A DNA stretch of 64,000 bases, taken from an uncultured Pseudohongiella sp. GTDB taxonomy: Bacteria; Pseudomonadota; Gammaproteobacteria; Pseudomonadales; Pseudohongiellaceae. The DNA lies in assembly GCA_964616225.1 (NCBI GenBank), contig CAZTTE010000011.1:66164-130163 (forward strand). Direction: 5' to 3'. Position 1 is the first letter of the stretch, and each line of letters opens with the position of its first letter. The notes beneath the pieces were generated by a model. It was not told where the DNA came from. It saw only the letters and a program-made list of their open reading frames with translations, and did not search any database. Position numbers and translations under genes: made by a program. This document shows, in pieces, positions 20,311 through 29,307 of the stretch.

Positions 20311-20757
20311 GATTATGGCGCCAAGCCATCTTCTATTCCCCTCATAATTCTTTTCTATGCTCTGTTCGCCTTTGGGCAGGACTTCAGGTATCTGGCATTT
20401 CCCGTGGTAGCTGGATTTACCTTGATTGGCCCGATTATCGCTATTGTTTTTTTAAAATGAGCAGGCGCAGGGAGAATGGATTGTGGATGCGTTGGCGTTC
20501 TTCATTTCGCTTTTGCAGTAATGGCAATTTCAGTTGTGGCGTTTCCATTAGTGTTGGATAAACCGGTAACGTCTATTACCGCAATGTCAGTATCAATCCT
20601 GGCGTTTACAGCAAACTTCTGGGTACTGGCCGTTTAGGGTTTCGTGGTTGTGACGCTTTTGGTATCCGGAGCAATGCTATTCTTGGTGGGATTGGCATTT
20701 ACTTTGCCTGTCTTGGGACATGCGACCTGGCACCTTTATCGAAAGCTGGTGGAATAG
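20311..20757 (+). pseudogene. degraded DUF2189-family integral membrane protein gene
   Basis: Family-like peptides are scattered over three frames: FPVVAGFTLIGPIIAI, then a frame break at a T7 run, then MSRRRENGL. AVMAISVVAFPLVLDKPVTSITAMSVSILAFTANFWVLAV ends in TAG 20635-20637, where a Trp codon is expected. The last piece is GFVVVTLLVSGAMLFLVGLAFTLPVLGHATWHLYRKLVE. The total is too short for the family, so internal deletions are also implied. Confidence 0.6.
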
Positions 20758-20761
20758 CTAG

Positions 20762-21298
20762 TTAGTTTTCAAAGCGCGGGTCTGGCTGCAGCTCGCGCTT
20801 GAATCGTTTAAAGCGGTCAACGTAGTGTTCCGCGCTTTGAACCAGGCCTGTTTGCTGTTCTGGCGTTAACTCTTTTATGACCTTGGCCGGGGCTCCCATA
20901 ACCAGGGAGTTGTCTGGAATTTCCTTGTTTTCCGTTATAAGAGCATTGGCTCCAATCAGGCAGTTTTTTCCTACTTTGGCGCCATTTAGAATTACCGCAT
21001 TGATGCCAACCAATGAATTGTCTCCAATAGTACATCCGTGCAACATGGCCTGATGGCCAACGGTTACGTTTTTACCTACTGTGCAAGGTACCCCTGGGTC
21101 GGTATGCAATACGGCACACTCCTGGATATTGGAATTCTCACCGACAGTGATTTGTTCATTATCACCTCTTAGTACCGCCCCGAACCAGACGCTGGCATTA
21201 TTTTCCAGTCGTACCTTACCAAGCACTGTGGCGCTATCTGCGACAAAGAAATCTTCGCCTGCAATTTCTACTTCATGATCGCCGAGTTTGTAAATCAT
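20762..21298 (-). CDS. gamma-carbonic-anhydrase-like hexapeptide-repeat protein (YrdA/PaaY family)
   Basis: [50 protein letters not shown], followed by left-handed beta-helix repeats. Confidence 0.85.
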   Translation of the reverse strand: MIYKLGDHEVEIAGEDFFVADSATVLGKVRLENNASVWFGAVLRGDNEQITVGENSNIQECAVLHTDPGVPCTVGKNVTVGHQAMLHGCTIGDNSLVGINAVILNGAKVGKNCLIGANALITENKEIPDNSLVMGAPAKVIKELTPEQQTGLVQSAEHYVDRFKRFKRELQPDPRFEN

Positions 21299-21313
21299 TT
21301 GTCTTCCTGTTGC

Positions 21314-23080
21314 CTAGGGTAATCTGAATACAAACAACATATTTCCACCATTACGTTGTCTGATTTCTGGGGTAAGCGTCCTGTGGTTTATGCCACCGCC
21401 TGCGGCAATGGCGATGTATTGAACTCCATCCACGCTATAGGTCGTAGGAAATCCACCGGCGGAAGAGTTCAATATTTGTTCCCATAGTATTTCGCCATTA
21501 TCGGCATCAAATGCACGGAAACGTCTGGCATCGTCAGTAACAAATACCAGTCCACCGCCAGTAGTTAATACCGAACCAGTAATCGCAGCCCTTTGCTGAT
21601 AAGTCCACAGTGATTCTCCGGTTGCCACATCAACGGCAGTAAAAATGCCAATCTGACCGTCTCCATCAGGTACGGAAATTTTTCGCGAAGTAGCAGAGCT
21701 ATGATAGCCGCCTACAACGGGATTAACTGGATTCAAATAGTAATCCATGCAGGTATTGTTGGTTGGTGCATAGAGAGCATTGGTTTGTGGGCTATAGCCC
21801 ACAGAGTTCCAGTTAATGCCACCGGTAGTAGTAGGACAGACTAATTTGCGTTGTCGAATCTCGGTGATATCGATTTCAGGGTTAGTAATGCCTTTTTGGT
21901 TTTCGATATCGACGCCAACAATAACGTTCTGGTAGTTGGTTTCTTTCGCCCAGAGAAATTCTCCGGTCTCAGCGTCCATCGTCCAGATTATGCCGGGCTT
22001 GCCTGGTATGCCGGTCACTAATTTTCGGCGCTCTGAAGAGGTGATATTTGGATTTATCCAGGACACCGCATCGGGGTCTGGCCTTACTTCAGATTCGACA
22101 ACAATCCGCTCGAAGGGGTGATCCTGATCCCAGTTGCCACCAGGAATGTGCTGGAAATACCATTCTATTTCTCCGGTATCGGCGTCCAGAGCAATAGTGG
22201 AGTTGGTGTATAGCACATCGCCACCACGAGTATCTCGCTGGATCGATCCCCAGGGAATTGGAACGGCAATGCCCTGGTAAATTAAGTCATGTTCCGGATC
22301 ATAGCTGGCGGGCATCCAGGCTGACCCGCCGCGCCGTTGTGCGTTCGGCACATCACCCCAGGTTTCACCCCCGGGCTCACCGATGCGGGGAACGGTGTTT
22401 GTCCGCCATAATTCCTCGCCAGTGTCAGGATCATGTGCAGTAATCCAGCAACCCGTATTAATGTAATAGCAGCCGGACATGCCAGCGATTATTTTGCCGT
22501 CCAGAACCTGTGGGCCGCCTGAGTAATGTTGCCCCACGGTCCAATCGCCAACGCGATGCTCCCAGGTGACTTCACCGGTAATTGCATTTAAAGAAACCAG
22601 GAAGGCGTCTCGAGTGGCGATGATAAGTTGATCTTTGTAAAGGGTGGCATTGCGGTTAGCGCAGGAAAGCGATGCGATATGATCAACCGGGTCGCGTCGA
22701 TATTCCCACAGCAATGTACCGTCGGTGGCATCTATTGCTTCGATGAAATCGCAGGCTTGGGGCAAATACATAATTCCATTGCGAACCAGTGCTGTCGTTT
22801 CCTGCAGGCCTGGCTCCATGGTCCAGGCAAAAGCTAACCGCAGACTTGATACGTTTTCTTTGTTTATTTGATCCAGTGGGCTATAGCCCCAGTGATCGCC
22901 GGTTCTTCGCCACATTAGCCAGTCTTCGGCAGGGGGATCGGTGAGCTCCTCAAGGGAAACATTTTGATAATTATCCAGAACTGATTGCGCCAGGACTGTT
23001 TGGCAAAAAAGGCTGCTAATAACTAACAAGAAAAATGTTTGAGCATGAGGCTTTAACTTGTTGCGCGTTAACTTGATCAT
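21314..23080 (-). CDS. periplasmic PQQ-dependent dehydrogenase (alcohol dehydrogenase-like beta-propeller)
   Basis: Signal peptide. N-terminal DWLMWRRTGDHWGYSPLDQINKENVSSLRLAFAW and repeated W-docking propeller blades. No adjacent Cys-Cys pair and no cytochrome c domain. Confidence 0.8.
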   Translation of the reverse strand: MIKLTRNKLKPHAQTFFLLVISSLFCQTVLAQSVLDNYQNVSLEELTDPPAEDWLMWRRTGDHWGYSPLDQINKENVSSLRLAFAWTMEPGLQETTALVRNGIMYLPQACDFIEAIDATDGTLLWEYRRDPVDHIASLSCANRNATLYKDQLIIATRDAFLVSLNAITGEVTWEHRVGDWTVGQHYSGGPQVLDGKIIAGMSGCYYINTGCWITAHDPDTGEELWRTNTVPRIGEPGGETWGDVPNAQRRGGSAWMPASYDPEHDLIYQGIAVPIPWGSIQRDTRGGDVLYTNSTIALDADTGEIEWYFQHIPGGNWDQDHPFERIVVESEVRPDPDAVSWINPNITSSERRKLVTGIPGKPGIIWTMDAETGEFLWAKETNYQNVIVGVDIENQKGITNPEIDITEIRQRKLVCPTTTGGINWNSVGYSPQTNALYAPTNNTCMDYYLNPVNPVVGGYHSSATSRKISVPDGDGQIGIFTAVDVATGESLWTYQQRAAITGSVLTTGGGLVFVTDDARRFRAFDADNGEILWEQILNSSAGGFPTTYSVDGVQYIAIAAGGGINHRTLTPEIRQRNGGNMLFVFRLP

Positions 23081-23164
23081 TTGATTTACTGCCGTTTTGT
23101 TATTGTTCTCGAGAAATCGATACTGGGAAAGCTATTTTACAGGGTCTCTTGCGATAGCAAAGCG

Positions 23165-23863
23165 CTAAGTAGTTTGTATGGACAAAACTTCGATGCGATC
23201 CCCTTCCAGGTGCCACTTGATGTTTAACTCATACAGCGTCATTCCATACCTTTTTGAATCCTTTTCATTGGCACGCCACGCCGGTCGCGGATCCTGAGTC
23301 AACACCTGAATTATCAATGTTTCCAGATCGGGATATTGCTGTTGAAAATCTGCAATTTGTTTTGCAGCATCCTGAGAAAAAGAAACCTTAAATTTATGTT
23401 CAGGTTTTTCATCGGCATAACCACCTTTTGCGGAACTGATCGCGTCGGCATAGGGAATATAGGGCTTGATATCCAGGATCGGTGTTTTGTCCAAAAGATC
23501 TACGCCACCGACTGTAATCGTAGTCTTGTTATTCTGTCGTTTGTGATCAATGTATTGCACTGCAGAGATGCCAATTGGATTGGGGCGAAATGGTGAGCGG
23601 CTGGCAAACACACCAACTCTTTCCTGGCCGCCAAGCCGTGGTGGTTGTACGGTGGGAGACCAGCCCTGCTCAGTTGTTTCGTGAAACTGGAAGACCAGCC
23701 ACATATGGGAAAACTGGTTTAATTCCCGTAAACAATTCAAGTCGGAGTAGTCGTCGAACAATTCGATTTCAGCGGTGACAGCTGGAACAAGATTCGCTTG
23801 CCGAGGAATGGCAAACTTTTGTTTGTAAGGGCTGTGTAAAATACCAATTGGCTCAAATTCCAT
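23165..23863 (-). CDS. trmO: tRNA (t6A37-N6)-methyltransferase TrmO (TsaA/YaeB family)
   Basis: MEFEPIGILHSPYKQKFAIPRQ...SHMWLVFQFH...FASRSPFRPNPIGIS is the TsaA-like fold signature. Confidence 0.8.
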   Translation of the reverse strand: MEFEPIGILHSPYKQKFAIPRQANLVPAVTAEIELFDDYSDLNCLRELNQFSHMWLVFQFHETTEQGWSPTVQPPRLGGQERVGVFASRSPFRPNPIGISAVQYIDHKRQNNKTTITVGGVDLLDKTPILDIKPYIPYADAISSAKGGYADEKPEHKFKVSFSQDAAKQIADFQQQYPDLETLIIQVLTQDPRPAWRANEKDSKRYGMTLYELNIKWHLEGDRIEVLSIQTT

Positions 23864-23932
23864 GGGTGTTATTTAAACTCTGCGACAATTGGCTTCGACG
23901 TAAAATTAGAATTCGAATGATGAGGTGAGGTA

Positions 23933-24376
23933 GTGGAAGAATTCAACTGGGATAGAACCAATCCGTTTGTTATTGATGTAGTTGTCACCAGGGATCGAAT
24001 AGACGGTTATGGCCATGTGTCCAATCATTTCTATATCGCCTGGATGACGGATTGCATGTTTGCACATTCTGCGGCCGTAGGGCTAGCTGAGGAGCAATGT
24101 GTAGAAATGCAAAGAGGGATGGCTGTCAGGCAAATTCGCGCCGAGCTGCTTGGATCAGCCTATGAAAACGATCGATTGAAGATCGCAAACTGGTTAATTG
24201 CTAACGATGGAAAGCTAAGGGCGTCACGGGCCTTTCAGATTGTGAATAGTGCAACCGGAAAGACCCTGGTACGCGCAGAAATGGACTTTGTTTGTACTAA
24301 CCTGGGCAATGGTAGGCCAGCTAAAATGCCACCAATCTTTGTGGAAAAATATTGCGTGGAAAGCGAGGCAAATTGA
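23933..24376 (+). CDS. acyl-CoA thioesterase, 4HBT/YbgC-like hotdog fold
   Basis: VVTRDRIDGYGHVSNHFYIAWM... is typical of 4HBT thioesterases. GTG start. Confidence 0.65.
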   Translation: MEEFNWDRTNPFVIDVVVTRDRIDGYGHVSNHFYIAWMTDCMFAHSAAVGLAEEQCVEMQRGMAVRQIRAELLGSAYENDRLKIANWLIANDGKLRASRAFQIVNSATGKTLVRAEMDFVCTNLGNGRPAKMPPIFVEKYCVESEAN

Positions 24377-24392
24377 AGGATCTGCTTGCTAC

Positions 24393-24812
24393 TTATTGGC
24401 CCTTTTTGGGAGGAATAGAATAGGTGCCGACGGCATGAGCAACAGGTTCTTCTTCTCCTTCGGAATAAATAGAGACTTCACCAATGGCCAGTGATTTACC
24501 AAGCTTGAGTAACTGACAGCTGGCAAGAATGTCTTTGCCTGCCTGGGGCTTTCTTAAAAAATTAATATTGAAGCTAGTAGTTACCGCCAGCGCCACTAAT
24601 CCAATTTCCCGCAGAATGGCTACATAAATTGCATAATCCGCCAATCCCATCATGGTGGGCCCTGAAACTGTGCCACCAGGTCGTAAGTTTGAATCGTCGA
24701 TGCGCTGGCGGATGGTAATTGCGCTTTCGTCGAAATGCTCAAGTTCAAAGCTGTTCTGGGGAAATTCCTTCGCAAAAAAGACCACCATTTCTTCTTTTGT
24801 CACTGCTGCCAT
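24393..24812 (-). CDS. PaaI-family hotdog thioesterase
   Basis: NLRPGGTVSGPTMMGLADYA...SCQLLKLGKSLAIGEV matches the PaaI / 'uncharacterized domain 1' pattern. Confidence 0.7.
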   Translation of the reverse strand: MAAVTKEEMVVFFAKEFPQNSFELEHFDESAITIRQRIDDSNLRPGGTVSGPTMMGLADYAIYVAILREIGLVALAVTTSFNINFLRKPQAGKDILASCQLLKLGKSLAIGEVSIYSEGEEEPVAHAVGTYSIPPKKGQ

Positions 24813-24984
24813 TACGCTGTCACACTCCCATCAGGAAAAAAGTGGCGCCATTTTGCCTGATTAAAAATCCAAAAACACGATTATTGATCTACATTACAGC
24901 GATAGCTGTCGGGTTCTCTGTATTTTTGCGCCAAGCCCAATTATGCTTGGTCAAACCTAATAATAAGTAGAGTGAGGAAAGGAC

Positions 24985-26103
24985 ATGTTATCCAAGAAAG
25001 TAATTCTGGCAGCTGTATTGCCAGCCCTGACTTCCGGGATAGTTTCTGCGCAATCTGGAAACGCAATTTCGGGAACAGGTCTTCCTAACCCGAATCCTAT
25101 CGTGACCCAAAATTGGGGTGAATTACCTGCTGGACGCGAATGGGGTTCAACCGCTGGTGTCGATATTGATCCTACCGACGGGCACGTGTGGGCCTATGAG
25201 CGTTGCGGTGCAAGCAGCTTTGGGGGCGGTGTGCCAATTAACTGTGATACCAATCCGGTAGACCCGATTTTCAAATTCGATCGTAATACCGGTGAAGTAT
25301 TGGCGAATTTCGGTGGCGGACTGATGCAGACACCCCATGGCATACATGCTGATCACGAGGGTAATGTATGGGTAACAGACTTTGCCGCGAATGCTGATGG
25401 CACCAAGGGTCACCAGGTACATAAATTCAGTCCAGATGGCGAATTGTTAATGAGTCTGGGAACTGCAGGTCAGGCCGGTAGCGGCGCGAATCAGTTTAAT
25501 CAGCCCAACGATGTCATTGTTGGTCCCGATGGCAGTATTTATGTATCAGACGGACACAATGGGCAGGGCATGACCAGTAATGCGGCGATGGAAGAAGGCA
25601 GAGCCACTGGTCAGACCGCACGCATTCTGAAATTCGCAGCCGATGGAAGCTTTATCAAGGAATGGGGGCAAATCGGTGTTCGTCATGGCGAATTCCGAAC
25701 TCCTCATGCCATGGAGTTTGATTCCAAAGGGCGTCTGTGGGTAGCCGATCGTGGTAATCATCGCCTGGAAATATTCGACCAGGATGGCAATTACCTAGAG
25801 TCTCGTTACGCCTACGGCCGTATAAGTGGCATCTTTATTACCGATAATGATCTTGTATATGCAATCGATTCTGAATCGAGCCCAACTAACCATGTTGGTT
25901 GGCGTAATGGTATTCGTATCGGTCATATCGATGAGGATCGTATTACCGGATTCATTCCACCATTCGAGCGGCCCGATAGGGTTTACCAGGGAACCGCTGG
26001 GGAAGGTGTAGCAGTGGACGCGGACGGCGATGTGTATGCTGCTGAAGGTCCTAACTCACTAAGCTGGGCCGGTGGCGCATTTACCAAGTATTCTGTTCGT
26101 TAG
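24985..26103 (+). CDS. secreted NHL-repeat beta-propeller protein (amidating-lyase-like)
   Basis: Signal peptide. NHL units NQFNQPNDVIVGPDGSIYVSD and GEFRTPHAMEFDSKGRLWVADRGNHRLEIFDQDGN. Confidence 0.7.
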   Translation: MLSKKVILAAVLPALTSGIVSAQSGNAISGTGLPNPNPIVTQNWGELPAGREWGSTAGVDIDPTDGHVWAYERCGASSFGGGVPINCDTNPVDPIFKFDRNTGEVLANFGGGLMQTPHGIHADHEGNVWVTDFAANADGTKGHQVHKFSPDGELLMSLGTAGQAGSGANQFNQPNDVIVGPDGSIYVSDGHNGQGMTSNAAMEEGRATGQTARILKFAADGSFIKEWGQIGVRHGEFRTPHAMEFDSKGRLWVADRGNHRLEIFDQDGNYLESRYAYGRISGIFITDNDLVYAIDSESSPTNHVGWRNGIRIGHIDEDRITGFIPPFERPDRVYQGTAGEGVAVDADGDVYAAEGPNSLSWAGGAFTKYSVR

Positions 26104-26125
26104 TTAGCTAGCCAAACATAAAAAT

Positions 26126-26166
26126 GGAGTAATACTACTTGGCGGTAGTATTGCTTCATTTTTTTA
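26126..26166 (+). terminator. rho-independent terminator
   Basis: Stem AGTAATACTAC / GTAGTATTGCT (one mismatch) followed by a T-rich run (ATTTTTTT). Confidence 0.6.
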
Positions 26167-26201
26167 TGCCCGCAGGAAAACTATAAAGGTAAGAACTTGA
26201 G

Positions 26202-26573
26202 ATGAATGAGCTGCAAGCAATAAATTGGGAAGACGTAGAGCTGGAAGAAGTTAACGCCAGTATGCGGCGTCGAATAGTAACAGGTGAGAAAATGACCGTG
26301 GCAAAAATCTATTTTGAAGACGGCTTTGTGGTGCCCATGCACAGTCATCACAATGAGCAGATTACCCAGGTTGTGAAAGGCCAGATGCAATTCATTTTTG
26401 GCGGTGATCAGCCAAAGGAACTGTTATTAAATCCTGGCGATGTAGTAGTCATTCCTGCGCATGTTCCCCATCAGGCCACCTGTATAGGGGAGGTTGAAGA
26501 AATTGATATGTGGGCTCCCCGGCGAGATGACTGGCTGGATGGGAGTGATGACTACCTGCGCAAGCCGGATTAG
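26202..26573 (+). CDS. cupin-domain protein
   Basis: VVPMHSHHNEQITQVVKG and GDVVVIPAHVPHQ cupin motifs. Confidence 0.7.
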   Translation: MNELQAINWEDVELEEVNASMRRRIVTGEKMTVAKIYFEDGFVVPMHSHHNEQITQVVKGQMQFIFGGDQPKELLLNPGDVVVIPAHVPHQATCIGEVEEIDMWAPRRDDWLDGSDDYLRKPD

Positions 26574-27385
26574 AAAAAGACCAGCATGCGGGATTCCATG
26601 CTTTCTCGGGGAGGCGCACCGTCGGGAGCTAATGGATTCTCGAAAGAAGTATGTATTGATCGTTTAGCCCTGCCATTGCTCGCTGAATCATATGTTTTTA
26701 TCAGCAACACCTCATCAGTCTGCATTTCCGGGAAGTAATACCATTTGTGGGCAGGACTGTGACTGATTAACTCCAGTTCACCAATGCGATCCTTGGCTAT
26801 TCGTTCACTGGCAAACACATTCTCTTCATCGACCGACTGGGCGTCGCAACAAGTTAGAGGCGATCTGTAAACTGTAGCTGCAACCGAGCGCCAGACATTG
26901 ACGATGGCGAACCTGTTTTGCAATTTTTCTTCAGCTTCTTCTTCGCTTAATAAGTCCCTGACACGTTTCTTCGCAGAAGCGTCGGTGTAGTCATTGTGAA
27001 TAATGGCGGCGGCTTCTCTTGTTTTTCTTGATTCTCTTACTTCGGGAGAGTCAGAGCGTAGTGTGTGATCGAATACGAACAGAGATTTTGCGCCGACAAT
27101 CCCCAGTACCAGCTCTGCTAACTCTGCTTCATATTTCGCTTTGTTAGTATCGATAGAGTAAAAGTCCCCGATTGCAGTGTTATGTTGTTGTAACTGAAAA
27201 CCTTCAAGGTCCAGCGAAGCTAATGGATCAAGTTCACGGGCGTCCAGAATGTCGACTTCTACATCTTTGAATTCCGCTTCGATTTTCAGCTGGGCGTTGG
27301 CGCCTCCCTCCGACGCAAAGTACACAGGCTTCTCCGGTCCTGGTACCAGATAACGAATTTGTGCCCGGGTTGAATAACAACTCAT
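26570..27385 (-). CDS. CmcJ/NvfI-like oxidoreductase family protein (tentative)
   Basis: Overall pattern (PVYFASEGG...VDILDAREL...LEGFQLQQH...FDHTLRS...IIHNDYT...VNVWRS) recalls the CmcJ-like hydroxylase family. Assigned from memory only. Confidence 0.45.
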   Translation of the reverse strand: MSCYSTRAQIRYLVPGPEKPVYFASEGGANAQLKIEAEFKDVEVDILDARELDPLASLDLEGFQLQQHNTAIGDFYSIDTNKAKYEAELAELVLGIVGAKSLFVFDHTLRSDSPEVRESRKTREAAAIIHNDYTDASAKKRVRDLLSEEEAEEKLQNRFAIVNVWRSVAATVYRSPLTCCDAQSVDEENVFASERIAKDRIGELELISHSPAHKWYYFPEMQTDEVLLIKTYDSASNGRAKRSIHTSFENPLAPDGAPPRESMESRMLVFF

Positions 27386-27822
27386 TTCTGTCTCGCATTT
27401 TCCTGGAAACCGGCAGTTTCCGCTATTTCATTGATTGCTGCAAACGGCAGGGAACGGTTCCTGAGGAGATAAATCTGCGTTGAATGGGACGGAAATTCTT
27501 GGCTGCGGACTAGTATCGTTACTACCCTTCGAGCAGTAAACCGTGAAAATACTTTAAGCAATTCTCTGCCCTGTTCGAATGCTGTAATACGCACAGAATG
27601 TCGAAATTAGCAGGAGGTTGCCAAGTGATCATCATAAGAAGAGTGGCGGTTTTTCTGGGGGATGTTCTCGCTCCCATGGCGATTGCTCAACAAGCTGCTG
27701 AGCCTAACTTTAGTCCATCAAGTCAGGCAGAAAATGTATCAGGGCAGCTCAGAAGCCTGGCGCAACTACGAATCTTATCTTGGTGAGTTGAAGGAAGCTC
27801 TGAATATTTCTGATTCTCTCCG

Positions 27823-29052
27823 CTAGGGATCCGGGATTGCATCCTCAACTGTTAACGGATTCAGGTAAGACCCATCGGTAATTCCGGTTTTCCGCATAGC
27901 AATGCCGGTCAGGCATTCCTGTACAGCGCGGTTGGCATTCATAACTGTCGTATAACCGGGGTCCACCAGGGGATTCAATTCTACCAATTCAAATCCGACC
28001 ATGTTGTTTTCGGTGCAAAGGGCACGAATCAGTGGAAACAGCTCCCGCGTTGTTAATCCGCCCGGCTCCGGGGTTCCAGTACCGGCAGCATAGGCTGGAT
28101 CGAGTACGTCGATATCCAGGGAGATGTACAAATACTCCGGGCCGTCATTTGCCTCGGCAATAACCCGTTCCATTACCGCATCCCAACCGTCCCGTTCAAT
28201 CTCCACCATGGTGTGGTAACGGAAATTATGTTCCCGCATCCATTCGAAACCTTCCTCACTGGGCCAGTATCCACGCAGGCCTACCTGGATATAGTTTTGA
28301 CCAAGTACATGTCCTTCTTCGATCAAGCGCGCAATTGGTTGGGCATGGGAAATCAAGTGCCCACTATACCCTTCAGTAGCAGCGTCGTAATGGGCATCAA
28401 AGTGAATTACGCCAACATTTTCTTTGCCATAGATGTCAGCAACTCCGGCAACATCCGGATATTCAAGAGAATGATCGCCACCAACAATGAGTGGAATCGC
28501 GCCGGTGGAAGCAATTTCTCTCACCAGTTCCCGCACTGGCAACATGCTTCTTTCCACGCTGAATCTGTCGATTGGAGAGTTTCCATAATCAACAACTTTG
28601 AGTTCCCGTTTCCAGGAAACGCCGGTATGCATATGGGGTAGTCCACCTCCGCCGCCAACGCCCAGGCTTTCCCGCAAGGAACCAGGTCCAAATGCGGCAC
28701 CGCGCATGCCTACGCCCATGTCGATCGGTGCGCCCAGAATCGCTACATCCACTTCGCCTGCAGTCAGGTCTTCCGGATTTATCGCAATGGGCAAGCCAAA
28801 GAAAGTCAATACACCGGCATTACGTAATCTACCGGGGTAGAAGGGACCGGGCTCGCGATCGGGATCATTTTCCGGGTCTCTAAGTTGACTCCAGGGATCG
28901 TAGCTTGGATCACTGGTATTCAGAGGAATTAGTCCATCTTCTCGATCGAATATGCTGGGAGTAAAATCTTGTCCAAGCACAACCCAGATAGGTAACAAAG
29001 CGGCACAAAGCAGAACTAAATAATTTCTCATGGGAATCATCTTCTTTCTCAA
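27823..29052 (-). CDS. arginase/agmatinase/guanidino-acid hydrolase family protein with signal peptide
   Basis: Ureohydrolase Mn-binding motifs IVGGDHSLEYP, VIHFDAHYD, SLDIDVLDPAYAAGTGTPEPGG. N-terminal MRNYLVLLCAALLPIWVVLGQ looks like an export signal. Confidence 0.8.
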   Translation of the reverse strand: MRKKMIPMRNYLVLLCAALLPIWVVLGQDFTPSIFDREDGLIPLNTSDPSYDPWSQLRDPENDPDREPGPFYPGRLRNAGVLTFFGLPIAINPEDLTAGEVDVAILGAPIDMGVGMRGAAFGPGSLRESLGVGGGGGLPHMHTGVSWKRELKVVDYGNSPIDRFSVERSMLPVRELVREIASTGAIPLIVGGDHSLEYPDVAGVADIYGKENVGVIHFDAHYDAATEGYSGHLISHAQPIARLIEEGHVLGQNYIQVGLRGYWPSEEGFEWMREHNFRYHTMVEIERDGWDAVMERVIAEANDGPEYLYISLDIDVLDPAYAAGTGTPEPGGLTTRELFPLIRALCTENNMVGFELVELNPLVDPGYTTVMNANRAVQECLTGIAMRKTGITDGSYLNPLTVEDAIPDP

Positions 29053-29307
29053 CTATTGCTGTTCTTATCGGCAAATTCCGAATTCTGTGAAATCCGCGCC
29101 TCTCAGGAGCGTTCACCAAAGTATTTTGTGCAGCGAAAGAGCATAAATTCGGCAGGAAATTCGGTATTGGGGAACGATTTCACCGCAGCTCCTGTAGTAA
29201 ACCAAACGCCTTAGATCGTGGATTTCCACTGCGTAATCTGGATTCAGTATGTAAAATGCAAGGGTCTGGCAACTGGGGTATAGTTGCCACCACGGAGAAC
29301 TATTGTT

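Noticed and set aside
27382-27786. ORFs 27382..27594 (minus) and 27598..27786 (plus) as real genes.
   Set aside because: There are no motifs. The first overlaps the start of the CmcJ-like gene, and the second looks like a truncated signal peptide. They are treated as a possible remnant rather than as genes.
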